Below are positions 9,408-20,362 of a stretch of 64,000 nucleotides of DNA, in pieces. The first letter of the stretch is position 1, and each line of letters begins with the position of its first letter. The position numbers and the translations under genes were made by a program. This DNA comes from Synergistales bacterium (GTDB lineage Bacteria; Synergistota; Synergistia; Synergistales; JAFGMB01), in the NCBI GenBank assembly GCA_963666205.1, contig OY762654.1:768001-832000 (forward strand), written 5' to 3'. The notes under the pieces are model-generated. The model was not told where the DNA came from, searched no databases, and saw nothing but the letters and a program-made list of their open reading frames with translations.

Positions 9408-10382
9408 ATGAGAATAGCAGTGGCAGGTGCAACGGGAGAAGTGGGCAGGATGATGTCGCAGGTTCTTCAGGAGATGGACATAATCCCTTCACAAATTGAT
9501 TTCCTGGCCTCAGCCCGCTCTGAAGGAAAGGAAATCCTCTTTAATAACAAGAATTACCGGGTTAAGGAATTGACGGAAGAGATCCTGAGGGAAGGTTTTG
9601 ACTATGTACTCTTTTCAGCCGGAGGATCAGCATCAAGTAGATTTGCACCGATTGCAGCGAGAGCCGGGGCTGTAGTCATCGATAATTCCTCCGCTTTTAG
9701 AATGGATCAGAATATTCCCCTGGTAGTTCCTGAAATAAACGGGAATCTGCTTGGGGGATACAGGGGGATTGTTGCAAATCCTAACTGCTCCACCATACAG
9801 ATGGTCCTTTCTCTTTACAGGATCCATGAAAGATTCGGTATAAGAACAGTAGTCGTAAGCACCTATCAGGCAGTTTCCGGAGCGGGAAGAAAGGGAATAA
9901 ATGAGCTGGAATTACAGGAAAAGGGTAATATAGAACCATCTGCATTCATTAAGCAGATCCATAGAAACCTTGTGCCACAGATAGGAGACATCACGACAGA
10001 CGGTTTCAGCACAGAAGAAATGAAAATGGTAGATGAAACACGCAAGATCCTTGATGACAGTAACATTTCAATATGGCCCACTACTATAAGGGTTCCCGTT
10101 GAATATGGACATTCAGAATCGATCTTTGTAGAAACCCGTGAACCCTTTGGACTTGGAGAAATACATGAGGCCTTAAGAGATAGTGAAGATGTTGTCCTTT
10201 CCGAAGAAATGATAACTCCTCTGGAGGTAGCGGGAACAGATATGACCTACGTATCAAGGGTAAGAACATTTGACGACAGAAGGTTCCTGATGTGGAATAT
10301 TGCTGATAACATAAGAGTAGGTGCGGCTACCAATGCAGTCAGGATACTAAAAGAACATCTTCGACTCAATAATCCTGCATAG
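9408..10382 (+). CDS. asd: Aspartate-semialdehyde dehydrogenase
   Basis: GATGEVG, DNSSAFRM, ANPNCST, YQAVSGAG, DNIRVGAA. Confidence 0.97.
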   Translation: MRIAVAGATGEVGRMMSQVLQEMDIIPSQIDFLASARSEGKEILFNNKNYRVKELTEEILREGFDYVLFSAGGSASSRFAPIAARAGAVVIDNSSAFRMDQNIPLVVPEINGNLLGGYRGIVANPNCSTIQMVLSLYRIHERFGIRTVVVSTYQAVSGAGRKGINELELQEKGNIEPSAFIKQIHRNLVPQIGDITTDGFSTEEMKMVDETRKILDDSNISIWPTTIRVPVEYGHSESIFVETREPFGLGEIHEALRDSEDVVLSEEMITPLEVAGTDMTYVSRVRTFDDRRFLMWNIADNIRVGAATNAVRILKEHLRLNNPA

Positions 10383-10436
10383 CTGAATGTCCCATCAGGA
10401 AATTACTGGTTAAATTGAGAAAAGGAGGAAAAATCA

Positions 10437-11321
10437 ATGTTCAGAGGAACAGGAACTGCTATCGTAACTCCCTTCAAGGGGTCAGAAGTTGATTTTGCAA
10501 ACATGGAGAGATTCATTAATTTCCAGATCGGAAATGGTGTAAATGCACTTATCGTTCTTGGTACAACAGGCGAAGCTCCCTCAATTACCACATCAGAGAG
10601 AACGGATATAATCTCCTTTGCAGTTAAAACAGCCGCAAAAAGAGTTCCCGTTATAGTGGGAACTGGATCTAATTCGACAAATCATACCATCGAAATGTCC
10701 GGACAGGCCCTGGATCTGGGTGCAGATGGAGTGCTGGTAGTCACTCCCTATTATAATAAGCCCACCCAGGAAGGCCTTTTCCAGCATTACAGGGAAGTAG
10801 CAAAAAACATAAAGGGCCCTCTCATCATTTATAACGTCCCCGGAAGGACCGGCAGTAATATCCTTCCGGATACAGTGGTCAGATGCTCGGAGATCGATAA
10901 TATTGTTGCAGTAAAGGAAGCTTCCGGGGATATGATCCAGGTAGATCTCCTGATACGGAAGGTCAGAAAGATCAGACCTGATTTCCGGATTTTTTCAGGG
11001 AATGACGATCAGGCATTCCACCTGGTCTGCAGCGGAGGTGACGGAGTAATATCAGTCCTTTCAAATGTTATGCCCGCTGAAACTTCCGCAATGATAAACG
11101 CGACCCTTGAAGGTGACATTAAAACAGGAAGAGAACTGCATATGGAACTCTTCCCGCTGATGAGAGATCTTTTTGTTGAAACAAACCCTATACCTGTCAA
11201 ATATGCAGTGAGCCGTCTTGGATTCTGTGAAAATATACTGAGACTCCCCCTTGTTCCTGCATCTGGGACAGCTATGGAAAAAATCGAAACAGCTATGACC
11301 GAGTGTGGTGTTTCAAGGTGA
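10437..11321 (+). CDS. dapA: 4-hydroxy-tetrahydrodipicolinate synthase
   Basis: [31 protein letters not shown]. Confidence 0.97.
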   Translation: MFRGTGTAIVTPFKGSEVDFANMERFINFQIGNGVNALIVLGTTGEAPSITTSERTDIISFAVKTAAKRVPVIVGTGSNSTNHTIEMSGQALDLGADGVLVVTPYYNKPTQEGLFQHYREVAKNIKGPLIIYNVPGRTGSNILPDTVVRCSEIDNIVAVKEASGDMIQVDLLIRKVRKIRPDFRIFSGNDDQAFHLVCSGGDGVISVLSNVMPAETSAMINATLEGDIKTGRELHMELFPLMRDLFVETNPIPVKYAVSRLGFCENILRLPLVPASGTAMEKIETAMTECGVSR

Positions 11322-11968
11322 AATACGGCCTGATAGGTTCATCGGGAAGGATGGGACTTGAAATTCAGTCTGTTTTTACAAAACATGTGTTAAGCCTTAC
11401 ATTGGATGAAGAAAAAGAATGGCTGGGCGGACCACCAGATGTTATTGTAGATTTTTCTTCTTCTAATGTAACGCCGAGAACAATTGAGCTATGCCGCGAA
11501 CACAATTCAGGACTGGTTATTGGAACCACGGCCCTTTCCGGAGAACAAATTGAAATGCTGAGGGAATTGGGGGAAACAGTCCCTGTGGTTCAGAGCTTCA
11601 ATTTTTCCATGGGTATCAATATTTTAAAGATGATCATCCGGGAATTTTCCCCTTATCTCCAGAATTGGGACATTGAAATGATAGAAAGTCATCATGTAAA
11701 GAAAAAGGATGCACCCTCGGGAACAGCTATTCTTCTCAGGGATGCAACAGGCAGAGATTGCAATATTTCTTCCCTCAGACTTGGGGGGGTCCCGGGAGAT
11801 CACTCTCTCCTTTTTGCCAATGAGGGTGAGGTTATTGAATTCTCTCACAGGGCTATCTCCAGGAGAGTTTTTGCCCTTGGAGCACTTAAAGCCGCAGAAT
11901 TCGTAAGCGAGAGAGAACGGGGATTCTATTCTTTTGAGGAGGTTCTTTCATGCGAGCTGAAGAAATAA
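11318..11968 (+). CDS. dapB: 4-hydroxy-tetrahydrodipicolinate reductase
   Basis: GTG start overlaps the dapA stop; [22 protein letters not shown]. Confidence 0.96.
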   Translation: MKYGLIGSSGRMGLEIQSVFTKHVLSLTLDEEKEWLGGPPDVIVDFSSSNVTPRTIELCREHNSGLVIGTTALSGEQIEMLRELGETVPVVQSFNFSMGINILKMIIREFSPYLQNWDIEMIESHHVKKKDAPSGTAILLRDATGRDCNISSLRLGGVPGDHSLLFANEGEVIEFSHRAISRRVFALGALKAAEFVSERERGFYSFEEVLSCELKK

Positions 11969-12648
11969 TCAGGATGATAAGCGAAGCAGAAAAAAAGACA
12001 CCTGCAAGGGCCTTCATCCAGGGAAACCTGAAAGAAATAGACTGGAATGAACTGAATTTTCTGGGTACGGAGAAATTCGGCCTTCTGACCGGCGATTATC
12101 AGGAAATATCATCCTTTCTGGTAAAATTTTCTGATTTCATCGATAAAGTGGACATCCAGGTGCAAGCCAGGAATTCAGCTCTTCCCCTTGCCGATCTGAC
12201 TAGGTATGAGGCCCGCATTGAACCGGGTGCGATCATAAGAGATATGGTAGAAATAGGTAAGGGTGCTGTAATAATGATGGGAGCAGTCATAAATATCGGG
12301 TGCGTCATTGGGGAAGGTACCATGATCGACATGAATGCTGTCCTGGGCGGTAGAGCAATAATAGGCAGCAACTGTCACATAGGTGCCGGTGCTGTTGTGG
12401 CAGGCGTAATAGAGCCTCCCAGCGCTCAGCCTGCGGTGATAGAAGATAATGTTCTCGTTGGGGCCAATGCCGTGATACTTGAGGGTATCAGGGTTAAAAG
12501 GGGTTCTGTCGTTGCTGCCGGAGCCATAGTAACAAGAGATGTTCCGGAATACAGTGTGGTGGCAGGTTCACCGGCAAAAGTAATCAAAGAGGTCGATGCA
12601 AAGACTTCAGATAAAACACAGATAGTCAAAGACCTTAGAAATCTTTAA
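11950..12648 (+). CDS. dapH: Tetrahydrodipicolinate N-acetyltransferase
   Basis: DapH-type N-terminus ([16 protein letters not shown]), [18 protein letters not shown], hexapeptide repeats, GVIEPPSA. Confidence 0.93.
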   Translation: MRAEEIIRMISEAEKKTPARAFIQGNLKEIDWNELNFLGTEKFGLLTGDYQEISSFLVKFSDFIDKVDIQVQARNSALPLADLTRYEARIEPGAIIRDMVEIGKGAVIMMGAVINIGCVIGEGTMIDMNAVLGGRAIIGSNCHIGAGAVVAGVIEPPSAQPAVIEDNVLVGANAVILEGIRVKRGSVVAAGAIVTRDVPEYSVVAGSPAKVIKEVDAKTSDKTQIVKDLRNL

Positions 12649-12663
12649 TCTCAATATCGCTTC

Positions 12664-12689
12664 GCTGGAGGCCGGATACGGCCTCCAGC
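12664..12689 (+). other. Intra-operonic 11-bp GC-rich hairpin between dapH and lysC
   Basis: gctggaggccg-gata-cggcctccagc with no U-tract on the + strand. Confidence 0.5.
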
Positions 12690-12710
12690 AAACAGACCAA
12701 GAGGTGGTTC

Positions 12711-13925
12711 TTGTTGATTGTCCAGAAGTATGGCGGATCTTCAATGGCAACTCCTGATAAGATCCGTAATATAGCAGAAAAGATAAAAGTAAGGGTTCAA
12801 CAGGGAGAAAAACTTGTAGTTGTTGTATCAGCAATGGGTAAGACAACTAATCAGCTGATCGATCTTGCATATTCCATATCAGGAAACCCCAAGGAAAGAG
12901 AGATGGACATGCTGCTATCCACTGGAGAGCAGGTTTCTGCTTCTCTTTTATCAATGGCTCTGAACGGGACTGGCGTCCCTGCCATATCATATAATGCTTT
13001 TCAACTTGAAATGGTCACTACTAAAACCCATAATAACGCCAGGATCAAAGATCTTAAGCTCTCAAAGCTACAACGGGAACTTGAAATACACGACGTTGTA
13101 GTAGTCACAGGATTCCAGGGTATTACTGACGAAGGCCAGATAACAACTCTCGGCAGGGGGGGGTCTGATACCTCGGCTGTAGCAATTGCAGCAAAAATGG
13201 GCTCTTCATGCGAGATCTACAGTGATGTAGCTGGAGTATACAGCTGTGACCCACGGGTTGAGCCCTCAGCTCGCAAACTTGAATATATAACCTATGATGA
13301 AATGCTGGAACTGGCTTCATCCGGAGCCAGAGTCCTCCATTCCAGGGCTGTAGAGATAGCGAAGAAATATTCCGTGAAAACGTATTGTGCATCAACATTT
13401 TCAGAAGAAAGGGGGACTTACCTGGTGAACAATATACCAGAATGGCTAGAGCAACCCGTTGTTACAGGAATAACTACAGACCCCAACCAGATGAAGGTGA
13501 CCCTGAGTAATATTCCCAACGATACCGGCCTTATCAGCCGGATATTTATCGATCTTGCTGCGAATGAAGTCAATGTGGATATGATATCGGCAGTCAACGA
13601 TAACGGGCATTCTCACCTGACCTTCACCTTTGTTTCCGGTAACTACGAAATTGTCCGAAAAACTCTCAATGAGACCCTTAGAGGTATAGAAGGATGGAAA
13701 TTCGGTACAAATGAGGATGTAGTGAAACTAGCCGTCGTAGGGGTTGGAATGCAGTCAACACCGGGTGTAGCCGGTAGATTCTTTGGAGCCCTCAGTAAAC
13801 ACAGAATAAAAATGCTTGCAACTACTACCTCGGAAATCAAAATATCCGTTCTGCTTCATAAGGATGAATCAGAAAAAGCAGTGAAAGTTCTTGCAGAAGA
13901 ATTCGGTTTACTGGAGGCAGATTGA
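12711..13925 (+). CDS. lysC: Aspartate kinase
   Basis: VQKYGGSS, VVSAMG, TLGRGGSDTSA, two ACT domains (TSEIKIS). Confidence 0.96.
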   Translation: MLIVQKYGGSSMATPDKIRNIAEKIKVRVQQGEKLVVVVSAMGKTTNQLIDLAYSISGNPKEREMDMLLSTGEQVSASLLSMALNGTGVPAISYNAFQLEMVTTKTHNNARIKDLKLSKLQRELEIHDVVVVTGFQGITDEGQITTLGRGGSDTSAVAIAAKMGSSCEIYSDVAGVYSCDPRVEPSARKLEYITYDEMLELASSGARVLHSRAVEIAKKYSVKTYCASTFSEERGTYLVNNIPEWLEQPVVTGITTDPNQMKVTLSNIPNDTGLISRIFIDLAANEVNVDMISAVNDNGHSHLTFTFVSGNYEIVRKTLNETLRGIEGWKFGTNEDVVKLAVVGVGMQSTPGVAGRFFGALSKHRIKMLATTTSEIKISVLLHKDESEKAVKVLAEEFGLLEAD

Positions 13926-15019
13926 TGGAGGCAAAGATATACTCTCCCTATGATCTTACCGTGGAAAAAGCCCAGGGAATACAGATCTACACCGATAAAG
14001 GAATATTTCTCGATACCTTCGCTGGTATTGGTGTATTGAACCTGGGACACTCATACCCGGAAGTAGTGGAGGCAATAGTTTCCAAGGTTAGGAAATACTC
14101 TCATCTTTCAAATTACTTTCTCGACCCTGATGTTCCAGTAATGGCTCAGACCCTTCTGAATTTAAGCGGAGGACATGGTTGTGTATATTTTTCAAACTCC
14201 GGAACTGAAGCAACGGAAGCAGCATTAAAGGCCATAAAAAAGTGCAGAAAGAAGGGGAAAATAGTATCCTTTGAGGGTAATTTCCACGGGAGAACCACAG
14301 GTGCTTTATCCATAACCCATAGTGAAAAGATAAGGTTACCCTTTGAACCCCTCCTAGCCGATACAGTATTTCTTCCTCTTGACGGAAATTCCTTACGTAA
14401 ATTTGCATCAGAAAATGCTATTTCCGGTCTCTTCCTTGAGTGTATCCAGGGTAACAGTGGAGTCCTTCCGATTCCCAATGACCTCGCCCAAACGGTCATG
14501 GAACTCCATAAAGAAAAGAAATTTGTCCTTGTAGCAGACGAAATCCAGGCCGGACTGGGACGAACAGGAAACTATTTCTCCTACCAGGGTTATGGCCTGA
14601 AACCCGATATTATTACTATAGGTAAGTCTATTGGAGGGGGCCTGCCTCTTGGAGCAACTATTTTCCTGGATTTTGCCCCTTTTGATATGGGAGACCATGG
14701 ATCAACCTTTGCACCCAACCCGATCGCAGTATCAGCTGGCATGGTTTTTCTTTCAAAACTTACCTCTGCCTTTCTGGAGAAAGTTCGGGAAAAGGGTAAA
14801 TATTTCTCAGAGGGCCTTTCGAAACTTAAGTGGGTCACGGAGGTAAGGGAAAGAGGTCTCATTATAGGAGCCGGTACGGAAGACCCTGATATGATTAAGA
14901 AAAGAGCCTTCGAAGAAAAAGTTCTTCTTAATGTCACAAGTGGGGGAATAAGATTTCTCCCTCCACTTAATATAACCTTCCAGGAAATTGACGAAATCCT
15001 TTCAAGGATAGATTTTTAA
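13925..15019 (+). CDS. Class III PLP aminotransferase (ArgD-like)
   Basis: NSGTEATEAA, FHGRT, DEIQAGLGRTG, GKSIGGG, HGSTF; start overlaps the lysC stop. Confidence 0.85.
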   Translation: MEAKIYSPYDLTVEKAQGIQIYTDKGIFLDTFAGIGVLNLGHSYPEVVEAIVSKVRKYSHLSNYFLDPDVPVMAQTLLNLSGGHGCVYFSNSGTEATEAALKAIKKCRKKGKIVSFEGNFHGRTTGALSITHSEKIRLPFEPLLADTVFLPLDGNSLRKFASENAISGLFLECIQGNSGVLPIPNDLAQTVMELHKEKKFVLVADEIQAGLGRTGNYFSYQGYGLKPDIITIGKSIGGGLPLGATIFLDFAPFDMGDHGSTFAPNPIAVSAGMVFLSKLTSAFLEKVREKGKYFSEGLSKLKWVTEVRERGLIIGAGTEDPDMIKKRAFEEKVLLNVTSGGIRFLPPLNITFQEIDEILSRIDF

Positions 15020-15135
15020 GGGATGTCTCCGGACCTCCCTTTTTATTTCTCCCCATTCACATCATATGGATAGTATTGACTACAAAAAAATATATTGTAG
15101 ACTATGTGTAAATATAAATATTTTCCGTATGGGTT

Positions 15136-15468
15136 GTGTTCAAAATGATAACAAGCGGATTCCCTTCTCCAGCAAACGATTTCAGAGAGAAAAAACTCGA
15201 TCTTGACGATCTTCTTATAAGCAATCCTTCTGCTACCTTTTTTCTGAAGGCTGTTGGTGAATACAGTGATATTACTGGTATTCACGAAGGAGATATTCTG
15301 ATAGTAGACCGGAGTCTTACACCGAGAGAAGGAGATCTTGTAGTTTCCTGTTCCAGAGAGAAACTGACAATAGAGTTATTTTCCCGACCATCTGCCGATC
15401 CTGCAGAATATCATATAGACTCTCTATGGGGGGTAATAGCATGGATAATACATCCCTCAAAAAGATAA
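15136..15468 (+). CDS. umuD: UmuD-like (S24 family) protein, N-terminally short and lacking the catalytic dyad
   Basis: GFPSPA, NPSATFFLK, GDILIVDR and WGV motifs; overlaps umuC. Confidence 0.85.
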   Translation: MFKMITSGFPSPANDFREKKLDLDDLLISNPSATFFLKAVGEYSDITGIHEGDILIVDRSLTPREGDLVVSCSREKLTIELFSRPSADPAEYHIDSLWGVIAWIIHPSKR

Positions 15469-16751
15469 AGGAATCCAGAAATGAAATATTTGCGCTGGTA
15501 GACTGCAATAATTTTTATGTATCCTGCGAAAGGGTTTTCAACCCAGCCATAGAAAGAAAAGCCGTAGTCGTACTCTCCAACAATGATGGCTGTGTTATAG
15601 CGCGATCCGAAGAAGCCAAGGCTCTAGGTATAAAGATGGGAGAACCTGCTTTCAGATGCAGGGGTTTCTTTGAGAAAAACGATGTTACAACCTATTCCTC
15701 CAACTACGCCCTATACGACAACATGTCTCAACGGATCATGGACATCCTGGCTGAAAGATGTCCGGAGGTGGAAGTATATTCCATCGATGAGGCTTTTCTG
15801 CGTCTTAGTACCATGTCCCGATTCAATCTTGATAAATATGCCCGGGATATCCGACAGAAGGTAAAAAGATGGACAGGAATTCCCGTTTCCATAGGAATAG
15901 GACCAACAAAAACCCTTGCTAAAGGAGCAAACGGATTGGCAAAGAGATATTCCACTTTCAATGGAGTCTGCGATCTTAGCACCCATCCGGATATAGATAA
16001 AATGCTGGAAAGAATAAACGTGGAACATATATGGGGAGTAGGTAAAACCTATTCCAGGAAACTTCTTTTTAATGGAATTTCAGATGCATGTAAACTTAAA
16101 TACGCTTCTGATGATTGGGTAAGAAAACATATGACCATAGAAGGATTGAGGACTGTATGGGAATTGAGAGGGATTTCCTGTATATCTATCAAGGACACCT
16201 TATCTCCCAGAAAACAGATCATTGTTTCGAGATCCTTTGGTAGACAGGTAAAAAAAATTGAAGAACTTGTGGAAGCGGTAACAGAATATGCCAGCAGGGC
16301 CGCCGAAAAGCTGAGAGAACAGAGATCGTATACAACACGGATATCCGTTTTCCTGCAGACAAATCCCTTCGGGAATGATCCTCAATATCATAATATTGCC
16401 ACAATAAATCTAGTAACTCCTACATCCTACACTCCCCATATAGTTACAAGATCCTGCGAAATCCTGAGCAGAATATACCGTACCGGGTACACTTATAAAA
16501 AATCAGGAGTTATCCTTTCAGGCATTATTCAGGATGACAAACTCCAGCTTGGACTCTTTGAAGAGGGCCATTCGAATGAAAAACATGAAAGACTCATGTA
16601 TGCAACTGACAAGATAAATAGAAAATACGGAAAAAACAGCATAAGACTTGCTTCAGCAGGAATTCAGCAGAATTGGACAATGCAAAGTGCTTTCAGATCC
16701 CCCTTCTACACCACAAGATGGGAAGATATACCAGTCGCCATTCTGGACTGA
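15441..16751 (+). CDS. umuC: Y-family DNA polymerase V catalytic subunit
   Basis: VDCNNFYVSCE, LSNNDGC, YSIDEAF, SRSFG, C-terminal SPFYTTRW. Confidence 0.93.
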   Translation: MDNTSLKKIKESRNEIFALVDCNNFYVSCERVFNPAIERKAVVVLSNNDGCVIARSEEAKALGIKMGEPAFRCRGFFEKNDVTTYSSNYALYDNMSQRIMDILAERCPEVEVYSIDEAFLRLSTMSRFNLDKYARDIRQKVKRWTGIPVSIGIGPTKTLAKGANGLAKRYSTFNGVCDLSTHPDIDKMLERINVEHIWGVGKTYSRKLLFNGISDACKLKYASDDWVRKHMTIEGLRTVWELRGISCISIKDTLSPRKQIIVSRSFGRQVKKIEELVEAVTEYASRAAEKLREQRSYTTRISVFLQTNPFGNDPQYHNIATINLVTPTSYTPHIVTRSCEILSRIYRTGYTYKKSGVILSGIIQDDKLQLGLFEEGHSNEKHERLMYATDKINRKYGKNSIRLASAGIQQNWTMQSAFRSPFYTTRWEDIPVAILD

Positions 16752-16766
16752 TGGCTCCAAAAAGCG

Positions 16767-16791
16767 GGGCCTGCCCATAACTGGCAGGCCC
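16767..16791. terminator. Hairpin between convergent umuC and ilvD
   Basis: gggcctgcc-cataact-ggcaggccc, with an A-tract on the left (U-tract for the minus strand). Confidence 0.6.
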
Positions 16792-16843
16792 ATGGCAAAC
16801 AAGGAAGGGATTTTCTCTTTACTTGCTATTGAAACAGATGAGC

Positions 16844-18508
16844 TCAGTCTTTGAACACCGCTCCTCTGGCGCCGGAAGTGACAAATTCTCGATACCTGGT
16901 GAGGAAGGGGCTTTCCATATTGTTCTGATAGGGCTCCCATTCTGACCTTCTCCTGGCAAGTTCTTCTTCAGAGACAAGCACGTTCAGTTTTCCAGCCGGG
17001 ATATCGATCTCTACGATATCTCCCTCTTCAATAAGGGCAATATCGCCGCCTGCGGCTGCTTCCGGAGAAACATGTCCTATCGCCGCACCCTTTGTAGCCC
17101 CGGAAAATCTGCCATCCGTTATCAGTGCAACTGTCTTGTCCATTCCCATACCGGCCAGAGAGGATGTGGGAGAAAGCATCTCCCTCATTCCAGGTCCGCC
17201 TTTTGGCCCTTCATAACGGATAACGATAACGTCACCTTCCCTGATATCCTTTCCGAGAATAGCCCTGCTCGCATCTTCTTCACTATTGAAAACCCGGGCA
17301 GGCCCCTTATGAACAAGCATTTCAGGAGCAACAGCTGTCTGTTTTACAACTGAGCCCTCAATGGCAATATTCCCTTTGAGAACTGCTATACCTCCTGTTT
17401 GGTGATAGGGATTGTTAAGGGGTCGAATAACCTCATCGTCCCTTACTCTTGCTTTTTCGAGGTTGGTTCCTACACTTTCTCCCGTTACAGTAGGAATATC
17501 CATATGGATAAGACCATTTCCGGAAAGACGTTTCATAACCGCCTGTACCCCTCCGGCAAAGTAAAGATCCTGAATATGGTAAGGACCACCTGGACTCATG
17601 CTGCAGAGATGGGGTGTCTTCTTACTTATTTCATCAAGCTTTTCAAGAGTCAGATCCACTCCTGCCATATGGGCAATTGCAGGGAGATGAAGAGCTGTAT
17701 TTGTAGAACCACCCAGGGCCATATCTACTGCAACTGCATTTTCAAACGCTTTTTTTGTAAGAATATCCCTCGGTTTGATATTGTTTTCCACCAGATACAT
17801 GATCTTTCTTCCCGCATCTTTTGCCAATCTTTCCCTTTCTGCAAAAACGGCAGGAATTGTTCCATTTCCAGGGAGGGCAAAACCCAGGGCTTCCATCATG
17901 CAATTCATTGTATTAGCTGTAAACATACCTGAACATGAACCACAGGTGGGACAGGCACAATTCTCCACTTCCTTCAGCTCTTCTTCCGATATGGTTCCAA
18001 CTACCCTTCGTCCAACAGCTTCAAATACCGTACTGAGATCAATATCCCTCTTGCCGTGAATACCAGCAAGCATTGGCCCGCCGCTGATTATTATGGCCGG
18101 AATGTTCAACATGGCAGCCGCCATGGCCATACCTGGAATTATTTTATCGCAGTTTGTAACAAGAACCAGAGCATCAAGGGCATGACCCCTTGCCATTACC
18201 TCTATAGAATCCATGATAAGCTCTCGGCTGGGAAGGGAAAACTTCATTCCCTCATGATTCATTGCGATACCGTCACAAATACCTATCACTGGAAATTCGA
18301 GAGGAAGACCTCCGCTGGCATAGACCCCTGATTTGACAGCTTCAGTTATTCTGTTCAGATGGGTATGACCTGGAATGATAGAATTGTAGGCATTGACCAC
18401 ACCAATCCATGGACGTTCTATCTCCCAATCCGTATATCCCCCTGCTTTCATAAGGGATCTGTGCGGTGCTCTCTCTGGACCTTTCTTTGCATTGTCACTT
18501 TTCATCAT
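16844..18508 (-). CDS. ilvD: Dihydroxy-acid dehydratase (IlvD/Edd family)
   Basis: [49 protein letters not shown]; start placed after a GGAGG RBS. Confidence 0.9.
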   Translation of the reverse strand: MMKSDNAKKGPERAPHRSLMKAGGYTDWEIERPWIGVVNAYNSIIPGHTHLNRITEAVKSGVYASGGLPLEFPVIGICDGIAMNHEGMKFSLPSRELIMDSIEVMARGHALDALVLVTNCDKIIPGMAMAAAMLNIPAIIISGGPMLAGIHGKRDIDLSTVFEAVGRRVVGTISEEELKEVENCACPTCGSCSGMFTANTMNCMMEALGFALPGNGTIPAVFAERERLAKDAGRKIMYLVENNIKPRDILTKKAFENAVAVDMALGGSTNTALHLPAIAHMAGVDLTLEKLDEISKKTPHLCSMSPGGPYHIQDLYFAGGVQAVMKRLSGNGLIHMDIPTVTGESVGTNLEKARVRDDEVIRPLNNPYHQTGGIAVLKGNIAIEGSVVKQTAVAPEMLVHKGPARVFNSEEDASRAILGKDIREGDVIVIRYEGPKGGPGMREMLSPTSSLAGMGMDKTVALITDGRFSGATKGAAIGHVSPEAAAGGDIALIEEGDIVEIDIPAGKLNVLVSEEELARRRSEWEPYQNNMESPFLTRYREFVTSGARGAVFKD

Positions 18509-18545
18509 AGATTCAACCTCCATTCAGGATATTTCGAGAAAAAGG

Positions 18546-19835
18546 CTAGACTCCCGCAGCTCCCCAGAAAAGTTTTGGAAGGAACAGCGCTATAGACGGG
18601 AAATATGTAACAAGGAGCAGTACTGCTATCAGGACAAGGACCATGGGAATTATGGGTTTACTGATCTCTTCCATGGATAGACCCGTTATAGCACTGGCAA
18701 CATATATATCTATAGCAACAGGTGGGGTCGCCATTCCAATTGCAAGACCTATGGCTATAAGAACTCCGAAATGGATAAGGTTACCTCCCAACTGAGTTAT
18801 TGTGGGCAGAAATATGGGTGTGAGAATAATGAGAGCGGAAGCAGTTTCCATGAACATTCCAGCCAGAAGGACTATTATGGTTATCATAAGGTATACAAGG
18901 AACCGGTTTCCTCCTGCAACTCCAAGAAATGCACTGGCGACAGCTTCGGGCACTTCATAAAAGGCAAGTCCCCATCCAAACAGCTTTGCTGTCGCGATTA
19001 TAAACATGATAAGTGCAGAAGTTACACCTGCATTGACAACAAGCTTGTAAAGTTTTTTAAGATCCATGGTCTTGTATATAAAGAAAGCCACCAGGAGAGA
19101 ATAATCAACTGCTATGGCAGCGGCTTCTGAAGGAGTAAAGACTCCGGAGAATATACCTCCAAGTATTATTACAGGTGTCATAAGCCCCCAGAGTGAATTT
19201 ACAAAGCGGTTCCATTTCTCTTTGCCGCTAACCTTCTCACTGGCTGGATAACCCCTTTTCCGGGCAACATATATAGCAAGACATATAAGCCCAAGTCCCA
19301 TCAGGATTCCGGGAACAACTCCTCCCATGAAAAGTTTAGCCACTGATTCCCCCGCTATTACTGCATAAAGAACCATGGGAACACTGGGAGGAATAACCAC
19401 ACCTATGGTTCCCGATGCCGCAATTAGAGCGGCAGAAAAATCAACATCATACCCCATCTCTTCAAGATCCGGGAGCAGGGCTGTCCCTACAGCAGCAGTG
19501 GTAGCAGCACCTGATCCTGAGATGGCGGCGATAAACATGGAAGCTACTGTAGAAACGATGGAAAGGCCTCCCCGTATTCTCCCAAGAGTCGCTTCTGCAA
19601 ATGCTACGATCCTCTCGGATATACCTCCCTTTGCAAGAATATCTCCCGCAAGGATAAAGAAAGGAACAGCAACAAGGGCAAAAGAATTATTTCCCGCAAA
19701 CATGGTTTGCGGAACCATTTCCAGAGGTATGTCACTGATAATAAGTACCGTTACTGCGGAAACCCCTATGGAAAGACCAATAGGAACTCCAAGTAATAGA
19801 AAAAAGAAAAACGAACCTGCTAGAATCCAGCCCAT
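18546..19835 (-). CDS. dctM: TRAP transporter large permease
   Basis: AVPFFILAG, SGSGAA, IPPSVPM, TPSEAA, TPPV. Confidence 0.93.
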   Translation of the reverse strand: MGWILAGSFFFFLLLGVPIGLSIGVSAVTVLIISDIPLEMVPQTMFAGNNSFALVAVPFFILAGDILAKGGISERIVAFAEATLGRIRGGLSIVSTVASMFIAAISGSGAATTAAVGTALLPDLEEMGYDVDFSAALIAASGTIGVVIPPSVPMVLYAVIAGESVAKLFMGGVVPGILMGLGLICLAIYVARKRGYPASEKVSGKEKWNRFVNSLWGLMTPVIILGGIFSGVFTPSEAAAIAVDYSLLVAFFIYKTMDLKKLYKLVVNAGVTSALIMFIIATAKLFGWGLAFYEVPEAVASAFLGVAGGNRFLVYLMITIIVLLAGMFMETASALIILTPIFLPTITQLGGNLIHFGVLIAIGLAIGMATPPVAIDIYVASAITGLSMEEISKPIIPMVLVLIAVLLLVTYFPSIALFLPKLFWGAAGV

Positions 19836-19841
19836 GTTCCT

Positions 19842-20345
19842 CTACCTCCTGAGGATTTCCCTGATGCCGGATATTAAATGGATCAGAGTAATCCCGCCGA
19901 TCAGCGGATACATCATATATACCCATTTCATGGAGATACCCATGGCAGGAGTAGTCTGATAAGACTCACTATTCATCAGGATCGCCCCGTAATAGGCGAC
20001 AATAATGAAAAAAGCTATTCCAATTAACTGAACCAGCAGAGCAACAAGCTTACGGATCGGAGCAGGAAGCTTCATAACCATAAAGGTCACAGCAATGTGA
20101 GACCCCCTTTTAAAGGCTATAGCTGCTCCCAGAAGAGAGGCACCCACAAGCATAAATCGTGTAAGTTCTTCGGACCATATAAGGGCGTCCAGAAAAAACC
20201 TGCAGAATATCTGAAGTGTAGTAACCCCTATCATACCCACCATGAGGAAGAACAGGATCACTTCACTGATATGATTCAGTTTGTCGCTTAATTCAAGAAG
20301 AGGCGAGCCTTTCAACTCGCCTCTGTCCATTCCTTTCTCTTTCAT
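19842..20345 (-). CDS. dctQ: TRAP transporter small permease
   Basis: WSEELTRF, GSHIAV, four TM segments. Confidence 0.92.
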   Translation of the reverse strand: MKEKGMDRGELKGSPLLELSDKLNHISEVILFFLMVGMIGVTTLQIFCRFFLDALIWSEELTRFMLVGASLLGAAIAFKRGSHIAVTFMVMKLPAPIRKLVALLVQLIGIAFFIIVAYYGAILMNSESYQTTPAMGISMKWVYMMYPLIGGITLIHLISGIREILRR

Positions 20346-20362
20346 GTTTATTCTATAACCCT

